Source: Octopus sinensis (lineage: Eukaryota). Taken from it: a stretch of DNA of 64,000 bases. Location of the stretch: NCBI RefSeq assembly GCF_006345805.1, contig NC_042999.1, positions 166,532,001 to 166,596,000 of the forward strand, in the 5' to 3' direction. The translations under genes were made by a program, and so were the position numbers. Under the pieces are notes generated by a model. It searched no databases and was not told the origin of the DNA. It was given only the letters and a program-made list of their open reading frames with translations. Below, one piece after another: positions 12,829-27,159 of this stretch (the stretch's first letter is position 1; every line of letters starts with the position of its first letter).

Positions 12829-13256
12829 AAAGTTAATGTCAGGTCATAGAGTGACCAATGGTTTCACATCCATGCAAGCTGTAGCTTCATGGATGACTTA
12901 TCAGACTCTAGCCCAAAGACAAGATTAACCCTTTCGTTACTAACCCGGCTGAAACCGGCTCTGGCTCAGTAGCACAAATGTCTTGTTTTCATAAGTTTTG
13001 AATCAAAATCTTCCAGCAAACCTTTTTCACAATTAATGTTCCTAACACTAGCTGAATGATAACGAAGTTATTTTACTAAATTCTTTGTTATATTTAAAAT
13101 TAATTGAAAGAAACACAGAGCATCTCAACAGAAATACAGTAACGAAAGGGTTAACTCTTCACCTCTTAGCGTCAGAAAGTCTGATGAGTGGTCCATGAAG
13201 CTATGGCCTTTGTGGATGCAAAACCACTGGTCACTCTATGACCAGACATTAACTTT
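12829..13256. mobile_element. Foldback element (about 80-bp inverted arms) with a nested family A MITE at 12929-13150
   Basis: aaagttaatgtc.ggtcatagagtgacc arms in inverted orientation; inner element has TTAA TSDs. Confidence 0.75.
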
Positions 13257-13460
13257 ACTACTTTAATACACACACACACACACATACACACACATATACA
13301 CAAACACATGTTTAATAACAGTTTAATTCAGCAACCCCTTTCATAAAGTTATGTGGAAACATCTAACAAGGTGGACATGTCCCATGTCTGTGAAACTTTA
13401 TGTAAGTTAAGCCAAGATACTATTAAAGACAAGTAATTCCATCCAAATGTGTTGAGTATT

Positions 13461-13760
13461 CATCATCATCATTTAATGTCCGCTTTCCATGCTAGCAAGG
13501 GTTGGACAGTTCAACTGAGGTCTGTGAAGCCAGAAGGCTGCATCAGGCCCAGTCTGATCTGGCAGTGTTTCTACAGCAAGATGCCCTTCCTAATGCCAAC
13601 CACTCCGTGAGTGTAGTGGGTGTTTTTTATGTGCCACCTGCACAGGTGCCAGATGGGGCTGGCAAATGGCCACGGTCAGATGGTGCTTTTTACGTGCCAC
13701 CGGCACAGGGGCCAGGCGAGGCTGGCAACGGCCACGAACGGATGGTGCTTTTTACGTGCC
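13461..13760 (-). mobile_element. RTE 3' end copy
   Basis: (CAT)n tail on plus followed by the family 3' sequence. Confidence 0.8.
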
Positions 13761-14135
13761 TTATTACTTCTGTTTATTCACTTACTCACTCATGTATCAT
13801 CATCATCCTTTAAAATCCATTTTCCATGCTGGCATGTGTGTGTGTGTGTGTGTGTGTGCATATAAATGTGTGATTGTGTGTACCCTTGTCTTGACATGAC
13901 ATGATGATTGTAAATGAGCATCATTGCCATAGAAACGATGTTGTTTGCTTCTGGGTTTCAATAAAAAAAAAACATGTCTGGCTACAGGGAAAGATTACCT
14001 TGTTTGGAAATAGGTGAAAGTTTGTGACAAGGGCATCAGGCTGTAGAAAGTCTGTTTCAACAAATTCTGTCTGACCCATGCTAACATGGAAAAGTGGATG
14101 TTAAATAATGATAATGATGATGTGTGTATGAAATA

Positions 14136-14958
14136 CAGGGTGCAATGGGTAAATTGTGCACCTTTTATATTTTTTATTTCAAGCATACACATTGTTTTTG
14201 ATTTCATTGACTGCACTGTATAGTAGGGTCAGTTGGGCACTGTCTGTGAGAAAAACAGCTCCATGAAGCAATTCACTCAGCCAGAAATTTGGAAACAGCA
14301 TGCTGTACTGCTTGGCATTCACGCCAGAAGCTCCAATACAAACTTGTACCAAGAGTGATAAAATTCAAACATCCAGTCAACATCATGGTGTTTGAAGTGA
14401 TCAGTAATGATGGCGATGTTATGTATGTATGATAACATACATCTTCCCACATGGCCTCAAACTCAATATGGAGGCCTACATTAAGTGCCTGGGTCAAGAG
14501 GGTGGCTGCTGGACACCCCATGTCTGGCAACAGGACTCAGCCTCAAGCCACACAAGCAGGAGAACCCAGTCATTGCTGTCAGACAATTTCTGCAACTACA
14601 TCATCCCTAACATCTGACCACCTAACTCCCCACAATGCGACTCAATTGATTATTATGTGCATGGCACAGTTGAGCAAGAGACCAACAACACTCCTTGTAA
14701 CACCAAAAATGAACTGAAGGCAAGGATTATAGCAGCATTCATCAACTTAAACAAGGAGACCATCCAGAAGAGTTGCAGGAGATTCTGAAGTCATCTTGAG
14801 GCTGTGGTTGAAGCCAATGGCGATTTTATTGAATAAATTACTCTTTAGTATTTCAAGATATTTCTATGTAATTTTGGTAAATATATCTGTTAAAATGAGA
14901 TCTCAGTGTTATTTTCTTTTTCACACAACTTTGACGATTGTTTATTCACCATATCCTG
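14136..14958 (+). mobile_element. maT-like Tc1/mariner remnant, copy 2 (internally deleted)
   Basis: TA|CAGGGTGCAATGGG...TCCTG|TA; colinear with copy 1. Confidence 0.85.
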
Positions 14959-15277
14959 TATATTCCTCATTATCATCAATGTCGTCATCATTATTTGACC
15001 CCCACTTTTCATTGCTGGCATGGCTAAGATGGTTTAACAGGAACTAGAAACTCAAATAACAGCACCAAGCTCTATTGTGTGTTTTGGTTTGGTGTCTCCA
15101 ACCGGATGCCCTTTCTAACACCAACTACTTAGTAGAGTGTACTGGGAGCTTTTTACATGGCACTATCAGCATTGAGGTCACCAAGTAACTTGCAGGACAA
15201 GACTTTAACTGTTGGAAGGAGTAGTATTAAGGGACAGAAAAGAACCATGGCTACCTCAGATGGAGAGGAGGGTGGGG

Positions 15278-15309
<32 letters not shown>

Positions 15310-15355
15310 AAGGAGGGTGAAGATGTGATGGGAGAGGGAGACACACACCTATCTA

Positions 15356-16632
15356 TTGGGTTGGCAAGAAAGTAATTTTGGTTTCTTTAGTGTGAAATAA
15401 AAGTCATTTTCTTTTTCATACAAAATTAAACTTGAATCAATTCTATATTTTCCATTTTGTTCGATGACCTTTTGCCATCTTTCTGGTAACTTCATGATTC
15501 CGTGCTCAGAACTTCTGGACCTTATCAGCCAAAAAGTGAAGCAAGTGTGATTTCAGGTCATCATCATTATCGAAAGTTTTACCATTCAAAGAATTTTGCA
15601 AACTTCGAAATAAATGGTAAACTGATGGTGCAAGGTCAGGGCTATATGATGGATGTGACATTACTTCCCAACCAAGCTCCAATAATTTTTCACAAGTTAG
15701 CAAAGATGTGTGTGATCTACTGTTGTCATAGTGGAATTCGAATCCTTTACGATTTGTCAATTCTGATTGTTTTTCTTTGATTGCTTCCTCCAGTTTCATT
15801 AACTGTTGACAGTAAACATCTGAATTGATTGTTTGGTTCCTTGGAAGCAGCTCAAAATACACAACACCTCTGTAATCCCACCAAATTGACAGCATGACCT
15901 TTTTCGATGCAATTCAGCTTTCGATGTGGTTTGTGCTGGTTCATTATGCTTGGACCATGATCGTTTTCCATTGATCTTATTGTAGACAATCCACTTTTCA
16001 TCACCAGTGATGATTTGTTTCAAAAAAAGGTCAATTTCACTGTGTTTGAGATACATATCACAAATATTGATTTGTTGTGTTAAGTGTATCTATTTCAATG
16101 TGGAACCCAATTATCAAGCTTCTTAGCAAGTCCAAGACATTTTAAGTGATTTTCAATTGTTGTGTGTGAAACATTTAACCTCTCTGCAATCTCTCGCACA
16201 GTTTATAAGACAATCCGATTCAATTATGGATTTGACTCAGTCACCATCAACTTCAGTAGGTCGACCAGAATGTTGGTCATCTTTGAGTAAAAATGTTCTG
16301 AATGAGAATGGAATTTTTAAAACCATTTCTGACCATGTACGTTCTGTTAAACAATCAACTCCATAAACTTCACATATCTCTTTGTGAGCCTCAGCAGCCT
16401 TCTTGCCTTTACAAAAGTAAAAAAGCAAAATATGATGAAAATGTTCGTTTTTGCACTCCATATTAAAATTGACACTGAATTAACAGCTGTAAACAAAATT
16501 ACATGCAATTTGCTTCTAAAATAAGTTAAACATAATGCTATCAAATGTTAAAAGAAGAAAATCATAACACTGACAAAAGTCATTCAAAAAAATCTATTTG
16601 TGAAAAACGAAATTACTTTCTTGCCAACCCAA
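15356..16632 (-). mobile_element. Near full-length mariner with a frameshifted transposase
   Basis: Perfect 23-bp TIRs TTGGGTTGGCAAGAAAGTAATTT and TA TSD; motifs ITGDEKW, YDNSRSH, HPSYSPDLAPSVYHLF. Confidence 0.95.
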
Positions 16633-16929
16633 TAATTTTTCACGCGTACGTGCACACACAGTAATGGCCAAAATTGGAGAACAAAAACAAAAAATAAAGA
16701 TATTTACATTTCTACTTCATTTTCCCAAATGGGATTTTTACTGTATATACTTTAAAGCATGTCCATTATTTAAAATATATTTTGTAGGAAGTGATTTATA
16801 ACTAAATTTATAACAGAAATAATGTTTATTTGAAAAATACAAGATGGAAAAAATTAGAGAATGTATGACATAAAATTTAAGAAATCAAAATTTTGCCAGA
16901 AATTTTTACAATCCATATCAATATATTAA

Positions 16930-17945
16930 TAAGATGTGTACATTCATTTATTTTTAATGACTTCAGCACATCTCCATCCACAGGATTTGACCAATTTCTC
17001 ACACTGTTCTGATGTAATTTTATTCCATTCTTCCTGAAATTTTCCCCACAAAATCATAACACAGCCAATGCATCACAGCTTCAGACACCTCCTGAACTAG
17101 TTTAGTACTGTGACATGGTGCATTATCCTGCATAAAGATTGGCTAATGATTCGGAGACGACCTCATAGCTGGCACACACATGCTGCAGAACGATGTCTTT
17201 GAATATGGCTGCATTCACATTACCATGGATCTGGATGAAAGGCCCACACCATTAAACCTCAACCTCCAAACTTCACTGATTTCTTCATGCATTTAGGGAA
17301 CAATCTTTCACTTTTACATCTCACATACTGTCTACCATCGGAGCCAACTAAATTGAACTTGCTGAAGAACACACATGACCAGTTGTCGTCCATCCAATGA
17401 ATGTGCTCATTGCCAAAGACTAACCTCACTTTTCGGTTCTTCAAACTGATTAGAGGGAAAAGGCATGAAGTCCAACTTCCTTCAAATGACAAGCCACAGT
17501 CTTCCGAGACATATTCATTCAATAATAACAATTTATTTAGCAAGAAATTCCTGCAGCAGTACTGAAACCATCTCAAAACAACAGCCTCTGAGTCACAGAG
17601 TCTTGCCAAAACACTTGTTTTCCATGGACTCCCTCGTTTTTCTAATCACACAAATGAGCTTGTTTCCTCATAAAGCTTGAGTATTCTTGAAACAACACTC
17701 TTTTATCTGTTAATGTCTCTGGCAATAGCAGAAATTGCCATTCCTTCTTTTTTCAATGGGCCAACTCTTTTCTTGAGGCTTTCATCAACTTTATGTGAGC
17801 TTTCCATGGTTGTTAATTCACTGCTGTTCAATATAAATCTTCACACTTTTAGGTCAGCTTCGTTTACATCAGTTGGAGTGTTGCCAGATTTTGCTTTTTG
17901 AACATTACACCATATGTTCTCTGATTTTGTCCATCATGTATTTTT
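16930..17945 (-). mobile_element. Tc1-family transposase remnant
   Basis: WSCVFFS.KFNLVGSDGRQYVR...SVKFGG and C-terminal FQEEWNKIT..QCEKLVKS. Confidence 0.8.
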
Positions 17946-18124
17946 CAAATAAACATTTTCTCTATTATAAATTATTTAGTTATTAATAATTTCCTACAAA
18001 ATTTATTGTAAATAATGAACTTTACAGTAAATACATTATAAATCCCATTTAGAAAAATGAAGTAGAAATGTAAACATGTTTAAATTTGATTTTTGTTCTC
18101 TAATTTTGGCCACAACTGTTTATA

Positions 18125-18860
18125 CACAAAGACTGAGTGAGATAAAAGCAAAGAGACAGGCTTGGAAAGACTGGAAGAATATTAGAACAGAATACCAGGT
18201 AGCTAGAAGAGAAGCCAGGTGACAGGTATATTTAGCAAAGAGAGAAGCGAAAGGAAGGCGTTTACCAATGTTCCCCACTGTGAGGACTAGGGCCATGAGA
18301 TGTTCCAGCTTACAAGACACTGTATAAGAAAAAAATTGAGACACTGGGGGAGGGAGGGAGGGAGGTGCACACAGATAAATAGTACACTTGCACTTAATGA
18401 TTGCAAACAGAAAGAGACAGAAGTGTTACTATGAAAAGCTAACAAAACAAGGAGAATGGACAAGAAAAGGAGAGCGATTCTAGTTGATAGCAGGATGATA
18501 GATAAAGCAAGTAAGAAGACAGAGAGCCCCTGGGCCATCAGAGATTATTGCTGAGATGCTTGAAGTATCTGGCAGAGTGAGATATAGCTTAGTCACCGGT
18601 ATAGCTAATCAGTTATAGCTAATTAGTATAGCTAATTAGTACAAGAAGTTGTTGTCCCCAACAACTAGTGCAGCAGCCTTATAGTCAGCCATGATAAGGG
18701 CAAAGCAAATGCCTTAAAAAGAAGTAATTTCATACGTATTCAAATTACCGTATTTGACGGCATATTAGACGCACCCTCATTTCAGCAGGTCAAATTCAGG
18801 AAAAAAAGTTTTAAGTGTATTTAAGCATATATTGTTGAAAGCAGTCTAAAGTAATAATAC

Positions 18861-18930
<70 letters not shown>

Positions 18931-19810
18931 AGCAATAAAATAATGATGCATGAGTACGGAAAATATCATTAAGGCGTTAGCGTAGGTAGAAATACTTATC
19001 GTAAGCTAGGTTAGTGAGCGTCTGGGAGAAGATTAGCCTACGGGAGGGTCTTGACTTCGCATATTAGACGCAGTGCGATTTTTTGAGCCAAATTTTTTGG
19101 AAAAAAGTGCGTCCTATATGCTGTCAAATACGGTACTTGACCAGGTCATGAAAGTTAAAAAAAGTGCTATAGATCAACTAACGAAGAAGAAAGACGAGAA
19201 ACAATGCAGTTGAGGCTTGTGCCAGGGAAAAGTACTACTGAAGCTCTCTTCCATGTAGAGCAACTGCAGAAGTATTTAGTCAAAAGTAAGCCACTGTACT
19301 TGGCTCTCATCAACCTGGAAAAAGCCTTTCTATGCTGATGTTCCAAGTGTTGAAGCAAAAGCTGGAATTGAAAGGCCTTCATGTTACCTTACAAAAGACT
19401 AGCAACAAGAGAAACAGATAGAGCACTTAACTTTTCAGAAAAGTGACCCTGTTTAATACATAGAAAAGGTGTATGTACACGCAAGAGTTGCAATGGAATG
19501 GCATGAAGGTTAACAGGGAAGGTAGACTTTGTAGTAGATGTGCAAGAAGAATAAACATTAAGAAAACAGGAGAAAAAGATTTTTTTTCAAATGCTTAGTA
19601 GAATCTTTAGAAATAGTAAAAAGTTTCTGTTACCTAGGTGACCTTAATTAGCAGCAGAGGAGAATGTTCTAAAAGTATAGTTGCTAGAATACGAACCAGC
19701 CAGATCAGACTGGAGCCTGGTGCAGCCTTCTGGCTTCCCAGACCCTGGTCGAACCGTCCAACCCATGCTAGCGCGGAAAACGGACGTTAAACGATGATGA
19801 TGATGATGAT
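18125..19810 (+). mobile_element. Decayed RTE LINE fragments interrupted by a MITE
   Basis: RT motifs (QLQKYLVKSKPLYLALINLEKAF) and (ATG)n tail. Confidence 0.7.
18748..19133. mobile_element. pogo/Tigger-type MITE containing a (TAA)n tract
   Basis: TA|CCGTATTTGACGGCATATTAGACGCAC...GTGCGTCCTATATGCTGTCAAATACGG|TA. Confidence 0.85.
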
Positions 19811-20059
19811 TAGCTCTCTCTCTCCTTGAAGTTATTCCCTTTTATCCTCGATCCTGCCTTCTAAATATCCTCACCAATTCATTTTCCACTGAATTCTCCT
19901 TCCACTGAACACTTCCACATATCTACTACTGATACCTCCTGCCACACTTTTCATCATTCACTATATACAGGCACCACATAACTTTCGCTTTTGACACTGG
20001 GCATCCTTCTCTCACCCCACCCACTTCACATCATCTTACTATTTTTCACGTGTCTAAGG

Positions 20060-20295
20060 TAGTGTTTCTCAACTATTTTTTACCTGTGGAACTCTTTGAT
20101 TCCTATTTTACTCATTCAATGTTTAAAAAAAAAATCATATATTTTTATCATTAAATATTATTAGGAATTGTATGAAAAATTGTTAAAATATGTCGTGAAT
20201 TGTAGAAGCAAAACAAATTTATTACAGATAAATTTTGACAATAAAATCTTATGTAGACCCCCAAGGGCCATTTAGACCCCAGTTGAGAACCACTG
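20060..20295. mobile_element. hAT-type MITE
   Basis: (C)AGTGTTTCTCAAC...GTTGAGAACCACTG with 8-bp TSD GTCTAAGG. Confidence 0.85.
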
Positions 20296-20577
20296 GTCTA
20301 AGGTTTCAATTTATTGCTGCTCCCCATTTCACTGTTTTCTGCCCTGCCACCAGTCACCTACTCCTGCTTGACCCACTCCTATTTCCTTCACCTTTCACCC
20401 CCAAACAGATATTTGCCAATGACTATGCCTCTACCTATGTTCCTGATTCACTGCATTTACTTCTATCCCTATCTTTAACTGTCTGTCACTCTCCTTTCAC
20501 ACCTTGGTGAACTTACACACCCACCCTCTCTCTCTATTTCCTCTAATAGGGTCGGTGAGTGGCAGGATGGATACCAT

Positions 20578-20890
20578 TGTCATCATCATCATCATTTAAC
20601 AACCACTTTCCATGCTGGCATGGGCGGGACAGTTTGACAAGAGCTCTCCAGGCAGAAGCCTGCAAGACTTCTGTAACTGTTTTGGCAGGATTTTTACAGC
20701 TGGATGCCCTTCCTAACACCAACCACTCAGCAGAGTGGATTTAGTGCTTTTTATGTGGCACAAGCAACAGACAAGGCCAGTTTTGGCAAGGTTTTTACAG
20801 CTGGATGCCCTTCCAAACACCATCCACTTTACAGTGTGGACTGAGTACTTTTAAGTGGTATCTGCACTGTCAGGGTCACCAAGTACTTGC
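20578..20890 (-). mobile_element. RTE-tail element, diverged
   Basis: (CAT)n tail and ctggatgcccttcctaacacc core, present twice. Confidence 0.65.
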
Positions 20891-21469
20891 AAGACAAAAA
20901 CAAAAACTCTTTTGAGAGGGGATGGGGCAATTGGAGGAGACGTCTTGGTGTCGGATGATGAAAGGTTAGGGTGAGGCAGAGAGACAAAAACAGGTGTCTT
21001 GGAAGTACAAGGTTACCCAATCTGAGGGAGGTGGAGGAAAGAGAGAGAGAGAGAGAGAGAGACACACAGCAGGACAGAGATGGTGGCAAAGTGCCAGGCA
21101 TACTCACAAAGGTTGGGGATCAGAATATAAATGGGATGGTTGAGTAAAGGAAGAGAGAGATATAGATGGTGGTAAGTGCCAGGGCATACCCTTGAGGTTC
21201 AAACTCCATAATATAAGTGGCAGAATATTACAAAGGAAGCATGATTAAAGCGTGCAGAGGGGGGAGTGGCGAAAACATGAGTATATACAGAGTTGGAGGA
21301 GCCACCAAATTGCAATGATACAGTGGAACAGGGGCAAGGGGACAAGATTGGGGAGTGGGAGGCAAGCCTAGTGCATGAAGTGGAAATGTGAGGAAGAGAA
21401 GAGATGCATAAATGTAGTTTGGTTTGTTGTAAGATAAGAGTGGGTGGGGGACACAGCACTTCTATAATT

Positions 21470-23860
21470 CAGTTTCACTGACATGGACGGGTCTTCTCAA
21501 GAACTTCATATCGCCAGACATCTCAGTCCATTGTCATTTCCTCCCTGAGGCCCAACATCCTGAGATCAGTCCTTACCACTTCATCCCACATCTTCCTGGG
21601 TCCCTCTTCTGTGGGTACCATCTACTTTCAGTGATTGGCGCTTCTTAATGCAGCTGTCCTCATTCATATGCATCGCATGTATAAACCAACATATCTTCTC
21701 TCTTTCATGTTACATCCGATTCCTCCTATGCCCAACTTGCCTCTCAATACATTTTCACTTTGTCGTACATGCACACTGATGTTGCACATCCAATGGAGCA
21801 TACTGCCATCATTTCTCTCCAGTCTGCACATGTCTTTTGCATTCAGAGCCCATGTCTCACTACCATGGAGTATAGCAGTTCGCACACAAGGGAGTCCTTT
21901 TGTTGCCAACAGAAGTAATAGCTCTCTGAACTTCCTCCACCCAATTCTTGTTCTAGAAATAATACTTTCAGACCATCCTCCACCATTGCTAATTTGGTCA
22001 CCTAGGTAACAGAAACCATCCACAACCTTAAGAGAGCCTCCTGGGCGTTTGAGGGAATCTAAGTCCCCTGTGCTCTTAGTGCTTATTGTTCTGGCACACC
22101 TGTCACATACAAAGACAACCTTATATATCAATCTACTTGTGATTCCACTGCACCTCTTATGTGTTCATAGTTTACACTGAATGCAGAGAATGGAATTTGT
22201 TCCTATTCCTTTCATGGGCATTTACCTGACAAAAAGAAAGATTTATTTTCTTTCTTACTAACAACAACTTTGATCTTTGCTAAGTTAACTTTAAGGTCCT
22301 TTGATTCCAGCTTTGTTTCCATACCTGGAATTTCTTCTCCAATTCTGCTGAAGATTCTGCAATAAGAGCAAAGGTCATCAGCATATAGCAGTTCTCACAG
22401 GCACCCAGTTTTGAATTCCTCTGTTATGGCCTGGAGGACTATAATGAACAAGAGGGGGCTGAGGACCGAGCCCTGGTGAACTCCTACCTGTATGCTAAAT
22501 TCATCACTGTATTCATGACTGACTCTCACCTTACTGACAGCACCACTGTACATGGCTTGTACAGCTCTAACAAGCCACTCCTCTAATCCTAACTTCCTTA
22601 GAAACCACCATATAACAGAGCAGGAACTCTGTCGAAATCTTTCTCCAGGTCAACAAAGGCTAAGTACAATGGCTTACTTTTGGCCAAGAACTTTTCCTGC
22701 AGCTGTCTCACTAGGAAGATGGCATCTGTGGTACTCTTCCCAGGTACAAAACTAAACTGCATCTCACCTAGTTTAATTCTACTTCTAATCAATTGAGCTG
22801 TAACCTTCTCAGTAACTTTCATGGCTTAGTCTAGCAATTTAATGCCTCTGTAGTTGTTTCTATCTAAGGCAACACTTTGTAGCAGCTAACTATAATACTA
22901 CTACACCAGGGAATGGTGCCTTCCTGAATAACTTGATTAACTATACAGGGGATAAGCTGTATCCTACACACAAGAAATTTTATCATCTCAGCAGTGATTC
23001 CTGATGGCCCATAGGCTTTCCCTGTCTTCATATCCTTAATTGCCTTATCTAATATGCTGTTATCAATGCTGATGGCTGGTCCCTCAATTGGTTCGATATT
23101 TGGTAGGTTCTCCTTCTCCAATTCATTTTCCACATTTAGTAACCTTTCATAGTGACACTTCCATTCTTCTTTCTTCTCTGAGTCACTAAGTGCAAGCACA
23201 CATTTCTCACCTACCACATCCCTATTCTCTCTGATATACTGCTTTGCAATCCTGAACACCTCACACTGCAGAACATTTGCAAACCCTTTACCTTCAGTTA
23301 CTCCTTTTGCTATGTATACCTGATGCCTAGCTGTCCTTTTGGCTACCTGATATAATTCTCTGCTTCCACTGTTTTTCCAGTGCAGGCCACTCTTTTTGCT
23401 TTTATAGCACCATCAACCTCCTTGGTCTAGCTGGGACTCTACATCAATCACAGATTTCGTCCATGGCCCTCAGTAGATTGTCCCGCAGGAACTTCCAGTT
23501 GTCCTCTAAGCTATGTGTCCCCAACTCTTCCTCTTTTGTCAGAAGTAAATCTCTAAATTTTTGTCTGTTTGCTGGATCTTAGAGTTTCCATAGTTCCAGA
23601 TTGGTTTATTTTTCTGAGTCTTTCTAGCTCTAATTCTGAAGTCACTAACTAGTGACCTATGTTGAATTGTACCCTCTTCACCTGGGAAAGACTTTGCATT
23701 TTTAAGCAACCATCTTCTCATTGCCTAGTGAGGGGATAGCCAATTTGGCTTATGTGCTCATCAGACTGATAAGGGATTAGGTGGCTGGCTGGTTTTTTGA
23801 AGTTAGTGTTGCAGATTATAAGATCATTTGCATCTTGGAACTTCATGAGATCATTTGCAT
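21470..23860 (-). mobile_element. RTE-clade LINE, 5' truncated, disrupted EN and RT
   Basis: FVPGKSTTDAIFLVRQLQEKF...DLEKDFDRVP; ICNTNFKKPASHLI; many stops and frameshifts. Confidence 0.9.
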
Positions 23861-23914
23861 CACAGAAATATATATATATATATATATAGATATATATATA
23901 CATATATACACACA

Positions 23915-25390
23915 CAGGGTTATTCAAAAAGAATGAACTGATTTCATTACACAATATTTTAATAAGGAAAAGCAATAGAAAACTCCAGCTAAGTCACAAG
24001 TATTTACTCACAATCAACTTTTACTTCTGTCTTACAAATGTTCAATGTGACCACCAGCTGCAGCATGGGCAACATCAATGAAATAAGAGAATTCCTCCCA
24101 GACGCGTATCAGCATATCATGATCCACTGAATTGATCGCTGTTGTTATTCAGTGTTTAAGGTCATTGAGGTCAGTGAGTGGGGAGTGGAGTTTTCTAAGT
24201 TTTAAGTGGCTGCCACAGATAGACTGTAGTCGTATCATTTTCCTGGCAACTTTCAGTTGTTTGTTTACACTCAGAATGGTGGGTCCTCAGCAAAAGGCAC
24301 TCTGCATTCTAGAGTTCATGAAAACAAATTCGGTTGTCACAGTGCAGCATGCTTTTCGAAAGCAATTCGACATTAATCCGCCCTCCCCTAAGAATATTTG
24401 ATGGTGGTTTCAACAGTTTCAAGAGAGTGGGTGATTGTGTAAAGGAAAAAGTCCAGGGTGACCGCAAGTTTTGGAGAAACAAGTGGCGAGAATCCTTGCT
24501 GTGTTTGCGGGGAGCCCACAGAAATCCAAAAATCAAGCTACCCACAAGCTTGCGACCCCTCAATCCGCTATCTGGCATGTGCTGACAAGAATTCTACCCA
24601 GACATGTAGCAGCATATCAAGATCCCCTGAGTTGATTGCTATTGTTATTCGATGATTATGGTCATCAAGGTTAGTGGGTAGATAATGGAGTTTTCTAAGT
24701 TTTGAATGGCTACCCCAGGGGACACTGTAGTCGTGTTGTTCTTCTGGCAACTCTCAGTTGTTTGTTTAAACTCAGAATAGTGAATTCTCAGCAGAAACAC
24801 TCTGTGTTCTCGAGTTCATGAAAACAAATTTGGTTGTCACAGTGCAGCATGCTTTTCAAATGCAATTCGACATTAATCCACCCTCTCCTAAGAACATTCA
24901 ATGGTGGTTTCAAAAGTTTCAAGAGAGTGGGTGTTTGTGTAAAGGAAAAAGTCCAGGGTGACCATGAGTTTCGGAGTAACAAGTGCTGCATTTGAGGGGA
25001 GCCCACAGAAATCCACAAATCGAACTAGCTGGGAGCTTGTGATCCACTATCTGGCGTGTGCTAAGAAGACGTCTACATTTGAAACCATACAGACTACACC
25101 TCATTCAGGTACTTACCAATGGCAACAAGAGGAAGTGGATAGAAGATGAAACCTTAATTTCACGCTTAATTTTTAGTGATGAAGCGACTTTTCACTTGAG
25201 TGGAATAGTCAATCATCACAATGTGCACATTTGGGGAACAGAGCACCCACATGAAACAGTTGAGCATGAAAGAGATTCTCCTAAACTGAACATCTTTTGT
25301 GCTGTATCTCTGGACAAGGTTTATGGTCCCTTTTTCTTTGAAGGAAACACCAATCAGGACAAACCTATCTCAATATGCTCCAAAACTGGC
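23915..25390. mobile_element. Rearranged Tc1/mariner-superfamily (DUF4817-type) remnant
   Basis: Plus strand QQKALCILEFMKTNSVVTVQHAF and LIFSDEATFHLSGIVN; minus strand C-terminus RVWEEFSY...GGHIEHL*. Confidence 0.8.
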
Positions 25391-27159
25391 TCTTTAACTA
25401 ACTACAATTAACACATTCCAGACGACATGCAAGATTCTTGACATTTGCTTAGATTTTGCTTATTGTTTCTATGGACTTATTGCATGCCTACAACAAATAT
25501 GCAAAGTCTTCCTCATCATTTAATGCCTGCCTTCCATGCTGGCATGGTTGGGGTTAGTGGTATTTATAGCTATTTTCTGTGTAGTGTTAAAATTAAACTA
25601 AAAATGTCAAAATTCAAAGGAGTCATTTCTCAAGAAGCAGGACTAGAAATTTGAAATTTTGCACGACTTAGTTATTCTGGAGATGCAATATAAAGGCCAA
25701 GTTTGAAGAAAATATGAAATGGACATTTTCCCCTTCAGAAAAAAAATTATATTGATGCTGTATGGAAACAACCAACCTAGACATTACACACAGCTATTTG
25801 GTTTGCCATGGGTTGAACCATCCAAGCCATGCCAGTATGGAAAACAGACAGATGATGATGATGATGACAGATCAAAAACAATCCTATGACAATGAAGTGG
25901 AAAATTTGATATCAATACTGGAAAGTCAATTGATGGCGGTGGGCAGGAAGAGGGGCGGCCAACAGATGCGTCCGTACAGGGGTCTTTTGTTTGGTCTTAA
26001 TCTTCAGTTAAAATATTAACTTTAAAATACATTTTAAATGTAATATTATGACAAACTGCCACAATCATAATAGCAATGACAATAATACTGACATCAACAA
26101 CAAAAATAGACTTAAAGTGAATAAGTAATTAAATAAAACTGAATATATATCAATTATGGAATTTAATTATAGATATCAGCAGCAGCAGTTACTTTTCTTC
26201 TCCCACCTCCTGTCTCCACCAATCCCCTCTTTTCTACTTGTGCTGCTCTCCATCATCATCATCACCTTGCTTCCTGCTATTGCCCTCAATGCTCTCACGT
26301 ATCTATCACAGCCCTTGTCCCCAAGCCTCTCCTACTCACCCAGCCCAAGCCCCTATATTACCACCTCCACTGTTCCTCGAAAGCATGTCCACACACATTT
26401 CCACCGTCACTGCAATCGTTATCACTCTCTTTATCTTACTCTCCAACTCTCCTTTATTTTCCAACTGGCGGATCCATGTATCTACTCTACAGCAAGACAA
26501 CTATATCTGTGCTTTCTATACATTAAATCTCCCAACTGGCACAAAGCCGTACCCACTCACTACTACACTCCAGACTCAAGGGGGGTCTTTTTGTCTTGCA
26601 AGGTTCTTGGTGACCCTATCAGTGCTGGTTCCACATAAAAAGCACTGGCGCAAGTGCAACCTAAGAAGCTCTGATGAAGGGGCCACATAAACTGCACCCT
26701 GCACACACTGTAAAGTGGTTGGTGTTCTGGTGCAGCTCCTTTCAAACCATCCAACCCATGCCAACAATGGAAAAGAAATGTGTGATGAAGATGATGATGA
26801 TCGAATGCTTTTGATTCAAGCTATAAGAGTCACCTGATAATCTCATAACCTACTCATGTGTATAAACAGGTGTGTAAACCAGCACATGGGCAGAGAAATC
26901 AATGTGTGTGTGAACATATAGAAAATACAGCAATAAAGCAGAATACAGAGATAAATTTTAACTGGTAGGTATGGGAGATTATACAAACACAAAAAGTGTG
27001 CATCTAAGTTTGGTGGAAGTCACATGGATAAAGGTTGGGTCAATAACTACGGTCAAGCAGTAATGCATCAAATATTCACTTATAATAGGGTGGTGCCATG
27101 GTAAGTAGTCACCTGCATCAAACACGTACCCAAAATTAAATTACTTTAGTCTGATATTG

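Noticed and set aside
26156-26638. 160-aa plus-strand ORF
   Set aside because: Low-complexity pyrimidine-rich sequence running into an RTE-tail repeat; no domain or splice support
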